DNA of 64,000 bases from Balanoglossus misakiensis (lineage: Eukaryota; Animalia; Hemichordata): assembly GCA_040954595.2 (NCBI GenBank), contig CM082594.2, forward strand, positions 3,395,319-3,459,318, given 5' to 3'. A program made the position numbers and the translations under genes. The first letter of the stretch is position 1, and the number at the start of each line of letters is the position of its first letter. Below, in pieces: positions 54,401 to 64,000 of the stretch. The notes beneath the pieces were generated by a model. That model worked only from the letters and a program-made list of their open reading frames with translations, was not told the origin of the DNA and made no database searches.

Positions 54401-57400
54401 TTTGGAAATGTCGGTGGTTAAAGACAAATTTGTCCATGTCACCAGCGATATAGCTAATTTATAATTTAAAAGGCCAGACTCACAAATCCAGTTTATATAT
54501 GCATTCCAGTCAAAATATGTCCATCTTCCATAACTCGATAGAAATTGGTGACGTTCCATGAAACTACTGTCCCACGTTGTACCAAACCCTTCGATTAATG
54601 AATGGTCCCTCCTGTAGCAACACCGTTGGCCAGCTCCGTGTCGGTTTGGGAAAGACGTTTGTAAACAAAATGAAAATCCTGTAGCGAAAGAGATAAAATT
54701 CACATAGTAATGTAACGATTATTAACCTATTAACACACTGTACATACGAGTCATCTCCTGAACATTCCTGCATTAATGGGACAAAGACTCTCTCTCGCTG
54801 CCCCTTTTCCATTAATTATGTTTGATACAATGCACTGTTTACGTTATTCAACATGTGGATATATACTGATACAAAGTTCGACCACACACAATTTCCATCC
54901 CACTTGTAGACACGAGAGTGAAAAAACTCGCCAAAATGAATAATCGTTTTTACCATTTATTCATTTTGGGCGAGTTTTTAACTCTCATACCCTTTGTCCC
55001 TTTATGTATATCTTAATTGCATACGTATTTTTGTGAAGTTTGACGGATGAAAATATGCATACTTGAACTTACATTAAGATGCAGGCGATAAATGGAATAA
55101 GGGCTAGGATTTGATTGTTTGCGCTTGGACTACGCTCTGGGAAGTCATGTAAGAGTATGACCATGGAGTCTCGTTATCGATACAGCTGGTGTATACACAA
55201 ATTGTGAGATTACAAAGAGTGAAGAAACGATGCGAATGGCTTCCGAAATGAGGATGAATTTTCAGCTTCATCCGTTCTCAGCTGACACAAAGGAATAACA
55301 TTAAAGGTATACGGTCACCTATGGAAAATTATGTGTAGTTACCATGGCAAATTGAGATCTAGCCAATCACGGATTTTCAGTGGGTGGCACACGCGAAAAA
55401 AGAGCGCCACCATATGTTCTTTAGAACGCACAAATATGCCATTTAGCGCTGTTATTACCTTGTAGCCTGTTAATTTCATCCAGTAATTCCCTGTTTCCCC
55501 GTCTGATTGTCTGTATGCTGTCCGGCAAATCTTCTGTTGGGCCTTTTCCCCTTCCATAGGCATTATCGCTCTTTCCTTGGTTAAACCCGCACGGGCAACG
55601 TCCAAGGCGACTGTTCCACACCCTGGGATCCGGCTGGTCATAGTACCACTTTAGACACTCTTGCTTGAAGTTGTGGGTATTTTCGTTGTTATTTTCCACT
55701 CGAAAAATCCACCTCCCTTTCAGGTGTGTATTTCCGTTGACTTGATCCGGCCTGTATCGCTCTTCTACAGTGTCAAAATCGTCGTGCGCGTTAAGAATCT
55801 CACCCGGTCTTCCTCGACCGCCGTTATAACCGATGATGGCGTTGTTGTCTTTGCGAGTCTCATAATTCCACCGCATTTCGTTCTCTTTGAAGTTTGCGAG
55901 TACGAATCCGTATCTTCCGTCCGTAGCAAGGACACCTTGGTAAGTGTTTGGCTAAGTGTAATACACAACAAAAAGTAGCATTTTGGTTTAATACTCCATT
56001 GCTTATTTGCTTTGAAAATAAAACAATGATGACAACCTTGTGTATCCAAAACATGATTATAAAAAAATCTATTTTAAAATCTTTTTGCCTTAGGCCTGAA
56101 TTGTACATGATTATTTTCCGATTACATGACCAACTGAGATAAAACTAAGCTGATAGGTACTGAAAATTCAAAATAACCAAAATAACGGGAATGATTAAAG
56201 CAATCGTTTGGTGGACTTGAATTGTTGCCACATTCGCCCATAAACACCTACTCTGTTGATAGCTTTAAAATATTGCCCAATCACCGTGGCAGTCGTGGGT
56301 GGGTGACTGGCGTTCAACAAAGCATCGCCGACTGATGGTGGAACCTACCTTAGTTTTGGTATACTTGGCCTTGAAGCAGGCGACCGCCTCCCACGTCACT
56401 ATGACAACCCAGTTGGCGGTGAAGTCACTGAAATCTTGATCGGTGTATTGTGTACGAATCCTGCTGTTGACAGCGTTGACGATTTCTTGTTTCCCCGCTG
56501 GTAATGTGCCCGTACCGTCGTACACCTGGGAAAGGGGGGGGGGGGGAGTCGCAAAGGCGATGGAATGAATGAGACGTCATCAGATTTAAACATAGTACCA
56601 AGCATAAGTTAGCCATTTCCCCCTTTCATATAAAAATGCTATTATTCCGTACCCTTGGCGATATACCGCTACCTCCCATGTGAATAGAATATTGCTAGGA
56701 TTTTTTTCCAAGTTAGAAAATAACATGATAAATTCAACTGAGTCTCGCTGCTGAATTTAATTTTGATCACACCTTGCAGGATATAAAGGTCAAAACTAAA
56801 CTCAACACGAGGCAATGGTGAGGTATTTCGGTTGTATAAGAAATACGGTGATTTTCCCCATCATCCAAGTCGGCATCCGGTCTTACCTGGTAGAATACCT
56901 GTCCCGCTCCGTGACTCAGATCGACGTCATCCCAAAATATGGCCGCCATGGCTTCTCTCTGGTTTCTCGTGAAACCCCGCGGGTATGGATTGGGATAAGC
57001 GTACTTTTGACCATTCTCATTGATGAAGACAAACAAACCGTTATCTGTGAACTGTGGTCACAGAGAGAGGTCACGTGATTCAAAAGGTAAGTTACCCACG
57101 TGACTATTATTCAAAACGCTTGAAAAAAACTCGCCTTGTTGACAAACTGCATGCTACGTTGGGAACACATCGGTATGATTACAGTGCTCCAGGACAGGTA
57201 TAATTTGTATGCAAAATGATTAGGGCCTAATCTGAAAAAGGACAGTCTTAGTATCCGTGAATGGTCCCCTTTAGGATTGCAAACATTTCCTGAACAAGCA
57301 TGCCATCTTCAAATGCTATGTCTCGAGCTCGGAGACTCCCTTTTCGCATATTTGGTCACAACAATCAAATTGTTCGTGAAACCAATTTTCTCTAACGCCG

Positions 57401-58141
57401 ATGGTGGGAGACATTGATCGTTCAAGTGAAAACATTTATGTAACTCTGAACTAAATGTACTTACATAAAGGCTGTAGTAAAATTCTCCCCAAAACGGGAA
57501 TCCGGCCGGTGGACGCAGCGTGGGCGATATGAAGTCGTTCCAGCCAAACCGCATGTCATACCTCGTGGTTAGTTTGCTGTCTCCATTTTCGATCCCGTAA
57601 GGAAACAGTATTATTTCTGAAGAGATGAAATGATCCATATTATTTCCGCTCTACTTTTGAACGTTGAACTTCCTCTTAAAATTCCTGCATTTCATGAATT
57701 CATCAAAGTGTTTCCATTGAAATTTTTGATGTTGATGAGAAGCATCCACGAAGATAACGGATGACACCAGAGCCAGTTCATCAGTCTATGGCAACATATC
57801 AATAAAGGGACCTAAGTATGACCTAAACGAATAAATCCATGCTTTACATGACTTAGTGTATACATAGATTAACCGTTCCGTGAAAGAAACAGCTGATTTC
57901 AAATGGTGTAGCAGTGACTACGGCATAAACGGGAAAACTCCCCATACACCACATACATAATACTGCAACTTATCTGTCTGTGATTTGTGAGGGATCAGGC
58001 GAAACCTTACCTCTGCAGACTACTCCATCGCCCCTGTATTTGTCCTTGCAGGTGCAATTGAAACTCCCCAGAGTGTTGGCACAGTCAGCATGTTCATGGC
58101 AATTGTGAGAGCCATCACTGCATTCATCTATATCTATAAGT

Positions 58142-58226
<85 letters not shown>

Positions 58227-58254
58227 TAATCAATCAATCAATCAATCAAGCAAG

Positions 58255-58308
<54 letters not shown>

Positions 58309-61300
58309 ATAATTCAATCAATCAAATAATCAGTCGGCCGGACGGGCTATTGATCAATTACACGTGTTTATACCTGTTAATGAAGAATTTACCCTATGAA
58401 ATGTTTTTTGTTCAACTATACATTAACATCTACAAAGTCAAAGAAAACTGGCATAGTTAGCAGCCTTAATAAGTTCTGTTCGGTTTCAGGATCTATGCTG
58501 ATTTGAACTTCGGTAGAGATGTGAAAGGACGCATAACACGTGTTCGTAAGCACGCTACTTACCTATACAGCTTTTTCTGTCTACCCCGAGGTTGTAACCG
58601 CTGTTGCATGAGCATTCGTAGCTGCCGATCGTGTTATCGCACTCTTGATCACACTCGTCTGTGCCAGTTTCGCATTCCTCGATATCTGCAGAGGCGAATA
58701 TGAGAATGTAGTCGATCATCACAACAAAATAACATAACCAAGAATTATCATTAGGTCAATCGCAGTTTTCAAATCAACTATTGCCCGACAACAGTGTGAG
58801 GTGGTTATTTAGAATTCTCTCTTCTGTGGTGGTTTGATTTATTGGTGTACAACCTCTGGTAAATGTCACATGTGTACATATGTTTAAAGTGTGTGTCTAA
58901 GTTTTCAACTGATCATGGGACAGTCCACATTTATTCGTGCGACGCCCCACGTGAAAGTATGTTATTGGATAGATTTCAACTTGTCTTGGTAACCAAGAAA
59001 AAGTACATTTCTTGGTAACCTAGGAAAAGTCTGCATAGGTGACTTTATAAGTAGTGTTTGCGGCCGTTGGGAGAATTATTTCTAGTGTGCCAAGTGCATT
59101 GCTGCCAGTTTACATCACGCTGTCGCGAATGAACAACCATGGAGCTCTGTCGTAATGGACAGGTTCGGGTTTATCACTGATCAGTCTATCGCTAATAGGA
59201 GCTTGTCTTGATGAAGGGAAGGGGAGTCGCTTTACACTCATGGAAGGGAAGTCACTGTACAGTAAGGGAAGAAATCTGCGAACTCATAGTTGTGCTTACC
59301 TTTACAGTTGAACTCGCCATGCAGTTCGTACCCGTCTCTGCACTCACACTGGTAACCCTTGTCGTCGGTCGTTGTGTTGACATTAACACAAATATGATCA
59401 CACTTCTGGTCTAATTCACATTCGTCCACATCTGAAAAGAGACAAAGTCATATGTAAGGATGGCAGCATTTTGAATGTACTAATTTCTTTGAGCTGTGAA
59501 AGTCGGAGTTTCGCACAAAAAGTTCCAAACAAAGTATTACCTTCGTTACAGTGTATTCCTGTCCAACCCTTCTCACAGTTACACTCGTATCTGTTAATGC
59601 CGTCTTTGCAGGTTCCGTGAATGCATGGGCTGGATGCGCATTCGTCGATGTCTTGAAGTGAACAAAGCAAGAAAGAAATTCGTAAATAGACTGGTCTATT
59701 AAAACCCTATCGCCTGAGCCCCAGTGTTGCATATTGACTCTCAGCTGGGTTAAAAAGAATGGTCACCACGTAAAACGAGTAGATGTGCCATCTTAATATT
59801 CACCAATGCATGACAATACTCAGTTCAAATTGTTGGTTGACCGACAATCGTCAAGGTAATCAAATCAGAGGTCGCGAGTTTACACCTTGGAATGACCCTG
59901 AGAATATGAAAATACACTCACTGATTTCACAATTTGTTCCGTCCCATCCGTCATCACATACACAGTCGTACCTTCCTATGAGATCGTAACATTCCCCATT
60001 CTTGCAGGGATTTGACTGGCATTCGTTTATGTCTGCAACAGGAAGAATGTTAAAATATCCACTTGTGTGAAAAACGAGCCTTTAACACCACAGGCACCAT
60101 CAATTGGTGTGACCATGTTGAATACAATTGCATAGGGCCTCTAACTTCAAGTTGTCGTGCAATTGACGTTCCTACCGAATCTTCCGGCAACAATTCATGC
60201 CCTTTGTAATCTACTTTAGGTAACTGCTAACACGGTCACTTCACTCATGTTGTGATGGTGAGGTGAAATTGAGAACGAAAACTAACTTGCATAGTGTTTG
60301 TTACCTGTATCACACAGTTTTCCTGAATATCCCACGTCACATTCACATTCATAGTTGTTGACCCTGTCGTGGCACGTGCCATTTACACACGGGTCTGGGT
60401 CACATTCATTTATTTCTGTTGACAAAAAAATGCAATTAAAATACGACACGTTACTGTCGACCTAGTCAGCGCTCAGTAATATTTCACGGCACTGAGAGAT
60501 GCTTCACAATTTGGCAACATATAGAGGAAGGCAGTGAACCTACATTTTATTCTATGGCACAAACTGAAGAGTGTCATAAAAGTCTGGCAAGTTAATTTTA
60601 AAATCGAACTGACATTCCCTCATATACTGCTGACAATACGCAGCAGTATGCAAGTTTGTCACAGTGAAGCCAAATGATTGAATAAGTTTTATCTGCCAAT
60701 GTAAAAGGTGTTAACAGCCAGGGTATGATAACATTTTAGTCTTTCATGAGACCAGATTTCATCCATTGATGTACATGATACACGTTTGGAGTAAGTTACT
60801 TGGTTTATCGATGCTCGAGAAGGATTTCCAAATTATTTCGAGTGGAAACGTTACATGGCGGGCAGATAGACATACAGCCAGCCAGCAAGCCGGCCAGCAA
60901 GCCCGACAGACAGACAGACAGACAGACTGACTGACTGACTGACTGACTGGGCTGAGATGAAGGTCTGTTTTTAAGCTTCAGTCACCTGTACATGAATAGC
61001 CATTGTCATGCAACGTGTAGCCTGGTTGACAACTACAGTGGTAACTTCCTTCATTGTTCGTGCATCTCTGCTCGCATAGATTCCCACCACAGTCACCGGC
61101 ACATTCGTTGCAATCTGCAAGAGAAAAGAAAAGAATAGAGTTCGACAACTTGAGGAAGAAATATCTGTCTGGATTCCTGATACGTGGGACTCAGCTATGT
61201 TTATCGTGGTACAAATGAAATTGCGAGTCAGATGGTACAAACGACAAATAATGGTTTTGAAACCCATGGGTTTCCAACATCTGCTAAGATAAAGCTATGT

Positions 61301-64000
61301 AATGTGAGTACAAGCTCCAAACATGCCATAAAACCCCTTCTTCGTCACAGCTGACAATTAAGCTGTAGTATTGATATTGAATTTCGAGGGCGATGACAAG
61401 AATATGTGCCAAGTCTCGCATTGATTTTGCCGGACGTACAATACAAACACTCTAGCCTGTGTCCAATAAACGTGCAGCCCGTATATACGGACATTATTTA
61501 CAACCCCAACGGTGAAATAATCTTCTTGCTGCCATTTATACAATTATTGTCGTTGGAAATATATAAAATTGAGATCTTTACGACGTATGTGTACCTTTGC
61601 AATCGCCACGCGGATCCTGCTCAAAACCTCTGTTACAGCGGCATTTCTGTTGGTTATTTTCGTCCAAGTAACACGTTCCATCTTCACAAAGCCGGACACA
61701 TTTGTTTTCGGCTGTAAAAGAAATATTGCAAACACATTGGATTGTGTTTAATATTTCTTGTGTGGTATATATTTAATGATACCCACACTGATACTAATGT
61801 AATGAATCATGTTATAAATACAACAATCTGGAATGTAATAGGGCGTTCTTAGTAATAAATGTTTTCCCTTACGTTCACAGCTCTTTTGATCATCTCCCAA
61901 CACAAAGCCAGGTTCACAGGAACATTCGTAACTTCCAAGAGTGTTGTTACACACTTGATCACAATCGTCTAGTCCAAGATCGCATTCATTTATATCTGCA
62001 AAAGGAAAATGTATGAGGGTCTATCGAAATATCACCAATGGGCAATCGATGGATAACAGTACGTGTGTTCCGTGCTATTTAAAATAATTGCAATATATCC
62101 TCATATTTACACGAACGTATAATCATAGTGTAGAACAAAAAGGCCACCGCCAAATTAAATCAGTAGGCCCTCAATTCGTCCGTTTGAACTTTATAGTTTT
62201 TAGCATCACCACAACTATGGGCCACTTACCTGTGCAATTTGTTATTCCGATTGGACAAAGACATTCGTATGATCCTCCTGTGTTTTGACATGTCGCACCG
62301 TTATAACATGCGTCTGTTCCTTCTGCGCATTCATCAATGTCTTCACAATACGTACCGTTACCACGGTAACCCTGATCAGGACACGTGCACTCGTACGACC
62401 CAATTGTGTTCGTGCAGATTGCAAACTCGTGACAGTCATGGGTGCCCCTTGCACACTCATCCGTATCTGCAGAACAAGCACATGGATATCAAAGGTTCCC
62501 CTTGAGTTCTTAAATTTGATTATCAGACAAACACTTCATGTACATTGTAACATGACCCACACGCACCTCCACTATATATATCAGTGATTTGAGGGGTGGA
62601 TATGTATTGAGTAATGAGACATCCACTTATAAATGTTGATGTGACTTTTCTTCGCAAAGGAAGAAATAATAAAAGAAACAACAACACCAAAACCAACAAC
62701 AACAACAACAACAACAACTTACCGTGATTGCATAACTCTCCCTCCCATTCAGGTGGACAATTACAATAAGGCGTCCCCACGCCACATTGTTCGCATTCAC
62801 CTCCATTCTGACACTCTGGATCACAGGTTGCTGACGATACAATCCAAACGAGGATGTTCATTTAGCAAAACGAATTCTTGGCGTTTGTTAACGTCTTTTT
62901 TACAAGCTGTTTCATTCATTAATCCAAAATGGTCCTATGACTGTTTTCTCTGCATGTTGACGTCCCGTCATAAAATTAGCGACCCAATGTATGCCATGAG
63001 AATATATATATCCACATCGAAATTTGTTTTTATTTTTTACAAGTAGGCTACTTCGTAATATAAAACTGTGTAAACAGTAATAGGAAATGTATATATTTAG
63101 TTACAATATCTATATTCATACCATTCCTGCAGGGTATCTCTGTTGTTGTCGTCAATATGGTGGTTGTAATTATAGGCGTTGTAGATGTGGTCGTTGCCAT
63201 GGGAGTGGTAGTAGTAGCAGCAGATGTTGTAGGTTCAAATAATGTGGTAGTTTGTGGTGCAGTTGTGTGTTCAGTGGTTGTTGGATAAACAACTGGTGCT
63301 GTTGATGGCAATGTTGTGACTCTAGTTGTCTCTGCAATAAAAGCAATTGGGAGTTACTTCAAAATTCTTCATGTCTAATGCTATCTGTTTCAGTAGGATA
63401 TCAATATTTCAAAGGTCGAGTCCGCAGTAAAGTACTAGAATATAACTAATGTGGGGGCACAGATTTGTTGTTATCTTCATAAGAAGTGTATCAATCATAA
63501 TGTCACCTGTATTTCCAAGGTAGCTCTATGCCGAGGAAAAAAAGAAGCGTGATACAACTTTCGCTACAAGTTAAATGTTACATAGACGCAATAAGATTTA
63601 CATTCGCGTAGGAAATTATACACCACCCAGTCAATTGTGAGCGTCCCAATACTGAATAAGATATGGACATCTTCAATATTCAAACAGCCCCACTTACCTG
63701 GTGTTGTGGTTATTTCTGTTGTGACGACAGTTGTTGCGCCTTCGGTTGTTGGGGCAGCCGTCGTCACGTCCGTCGTTGGCGCTGCGGTGGTCGCTTCAGC
63801 GGTTGTGTCGGCCGGCGTGGTTATGACAGTTGTTGCGCCTTCGGTTGTTGGGGCAGCCGTCGTCACGTCCGTTGTTGGCCCTGCGGTGGTCGCTTCAGCG
63901 GTTGTGTCGGCCGGCGTGGTTACGACAGTTGTTGCGCCTTCGGTTGTTGGGGCAGCCGTCGTCACGTCCGTCGTTGGCCCTGCGGTGGTCGCTTCAGCGG
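34436..64000 (-). CDS. Multi-exon gene (5'-truncated by window edge) for a giant type-I transmembrane mucin: PTS-EGFx12-NIDO-AMOP-VWD-EGFx24-SEA-EGFx2-SEA-EGF-TM-cytoplasmic tail (MUC4-like plus SEA)
   Basis: 58 exons read on the minus strand with GT-AG borders and compatible phases give one open frame ending at TAG 34438-34436. Motifs seen: calcium-binding EGF consensus D-I-D/N-E-C, NIDO start LFPYG, AMOP CPC and QRCCY, VWD FGDPH, SEA GSVIV, and a hydrophobic TM followed by KCRRRK. Confidence 0.92.
36577..36863. mobile_element. TTAA-flanked MITE (Kolobok-like) in the intron between SEA2 and the last EGF
   Basis: TTAA-AGACCTGGTAGCTGC...GCAGCTACTGGGGCT-TTAA imperfect TIRs. A related terminus (ttaaaggccgagtagct) lies near 42977. 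Confidence 0.65.
37172..37830 (-). CDS. Second SEA domain of gene 1 (exons 37700-37830, 37172-37400) with G^SVIV motif
   Basis: [23 protein letters not shown]|MDYLY...[17 protein letters not shown] matches the SEA consensus F-x-x-G-S-V-[IV]-V. Confidence 0.88.
38071..38727 (-). CDS. Two EGF exons between the SEA domains (38587-38727, 38071-38205)
   Basis: [33 protein letters not shown] and [33 protein letters not shown]. Confidence 0.88.
39002..39680 (-). CDS. First SEA-like domain of gene 1 (exons 39550-39680, 39002-39257); lacks a GS[VI]V cleavage motif
   Basis: [25 protein letters not shown]|INHIF...[18 protein letters not shown] resembles the SEA pattern (Y-x-x-x-L-x-D-x-x-S-x-x-F/Y) and shares the exon layout of the second SEA. 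Confidence 0.7.
39965..50413 (-). CDS. Large calcium-binding EGF array of gene 1 (21 exons; 24 EGF domains counting one begun in exon 50854-51062)
   Basis: Exons 50221-50413, 49262-49405, 48633-48770, 48255-48380, 47686-47940, 47245-47367, 46486-46608, 46135-46266, 45760-45882, 45190-45327, 44557-44673, 43836-43970, 43527-43655, 43096-43218, 42708-42830, 42385-42510, 42158-42280, 41608-41847, 41174-41311, 40369-40491 and 39965-40084. Most begin D-[IVD]-[DN]-E-C and carry C-x-N-x-x-G-S-[YF]-x-C-x-C. Confidence 0.92.
47570..47660. mobile_element. Tc1/pogo-type MITE remnant
   Basis: TA-CAGTAAAACCTGTCTAAAC terminus followed by an internal inverted copy gtttagacaggtt; no second terminus found. 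Confidence 0.45.
47945..48015. repeat. (AACAT)n pentanucleotide microsatellite abutting a splice acceptor
   Basis: Directly visible; on the minus strand it reads (TGTTA)n-CAG| into exon 47686-47940. Confidence 0.93.
49457..49914. mobile_element. Double-hairpin non-autonomous element in an intron of gene 1
   Basis: Hairpin 1 (49463-49653) is near-perfect around the apex cccgaggccgcaggccgaggg. Hairpin 2 (49654-49914) has arms ttataataaacctcatgctaa and ttagcatgaggtatattataa. Confidence 0.75.
50854..53525 (-). CDS. VWD domain and post-VWD region of gene 1
   Basis: Exons 53323-53525 ([24 protein letters not shown]...LQGR), 53022-53106, 52681-52866 ([10 protein letters not shown]), 52307-52405 ([10 protein letters not shown]...FDFGETW), 51851-52096 ([15 protein letters not shown]), 51517-51648 (NFPPNIT) and 50854-51062. 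Confidence 0.88.
51225..51470. repeat. Compound microsatellite (CATA)n(CA)n(CATA)n(CAGA)n
   Basis: Directly visible; it generates the spurious YVCM/HTYI ORFs. Confidence 0.97.
53544..53697. repeat. Compound microsatellite (ATGA)n(ATGG)n(ATGA)n(ATTA)n
   Basis: Directly visible. Confidence 0.95.
54002..54678 (-). CDS. AMOP domain exons of gene 1
   Basis: Exons 54484-54678 (GAGQRCCY) and 54002-54121 (PRYLCC...[20 protein letters not shown]) show the AMOP C-terminal pattern of the MUC4/SUSD2 family. Confidence 0.88.
54778..55000. mobile_element. Foldback MITE, copy 2 (right arm internally deleted, termini GGGACAAAG...CTTTGTCCC kept)
   Basis: Clear similarity to 2780-3106 over about 200 bp. Confidence 0.8.
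55459..57616 (-). CDS. NIDO domain exons and start of AMOP in gene 1
   Basis: Exons 57465-57616 ([12 protein letters not shown]...[12 protein letters not shown]), 56887-57051 (FTDNG...IFWDDVDLS...GQVFYQ), 56349-56525 ([11 protein letters not shown]) and 55459-55951 ([11 protein letters not shown]...GRWIFRV...CLKWY...CPC) match the known NIDO signature. Confidence 0.9.
58011..62830 (-). CDS. N-terminal EGF array of gene 1 (11 exons, 12 EGF/cbEGF domains)
   Basis: Exons 62723-62830, 62230-62466 (2 EGF), 61873-61995, 61595-61711, 60986-61114, 60305-60415, 59922-60032, 59541-59651, 59300-59431, 58563-58685 and 58011-58133. All are phase 1-1 with EGF cysteine spacing; the three 111-nt exons are Notch-type (e.g. 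[35 protein letters not shown]). Confidence 0.9.
58144..58325. repeat. (AATC)n microsatellite; similar tracts at 39410-39540 and 39838-39861
   Basis: Directly visible. Confidence 0.95.
63122..63331 (-). CDS. Thr-rich linker exon of gene 1 (210 nt, phase 1-1)
   Basis: Reads [22 protein letters not shown]...TTTEIPCRN between acceptor TTGCAG (63332) and donor GTATGA (63121). Confidence 0.85.
63698..64000 (-). CDS. PTS (Thr/Ala/Pro-rich) mucin exon of gene 1 with a 99-bp (33-aa) tandem repeat; continues beyond the window
   Basis: The unit [33 protein letters not shown] recurs every 99 bp; donor G|GTAAGT at 63697. Confidence 0.9.

Noticed and set aside
55072-55190. Possible extra exon between the NIDO and AMOP exons
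   Set aside because: It has an in-frame stop in the required phase, and exons 55459-55951 and 54484-54678 already join in phase.

Overview
Intron-rich animal genomic DNA, probably invertebrate (GT-AG introns, microsatellites, MITEs); not prokaryotic. Three transcription units, all on the minus strand, dominate the window. (1) 34436..>64000 is a large type-I membrane mucin with 58 exons reconstructed by hand (~3080 aa inside the window, 5' end outside). Its architecture is PTS repeats, 12 EGF, NIDO, AMOP, VWD (GDPH), 24 EGF, SEA, 2 EGF, SEA (GSVIV), EGF, TM and a ~190-aa tail with PPxY and a C-terminal S-K-I, so it combines MUC4-type and SEA-type mucin modules. (2) 22534..~10700 is a mucin-like gene whose signal-peptide exon (22405-22534, absent from the ORF track) splices in frame to a 9558-nt exon of 47 Thr/Ser/acid-rich 183/231-bp repeats. 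(3) 5669..5888 is a second signal-peptide exon whose peptide and upstream DNA are paralogous to those of gene 2, so it is either a tandem paralog or a duplicated alternative promoter. Between genes 1 and 2 lie a ~1.36-kb tandem repeat array and a CpG-depleted 2.1-kb segment with no ORF, headed by a KLF/NRF1/YY1-type promoter and bracketed by CTCF-like motifs (lncRNA candidate). Several MITE and foldback elements are present. All coordinates were derived by eye and need RNA-seq confirmation.
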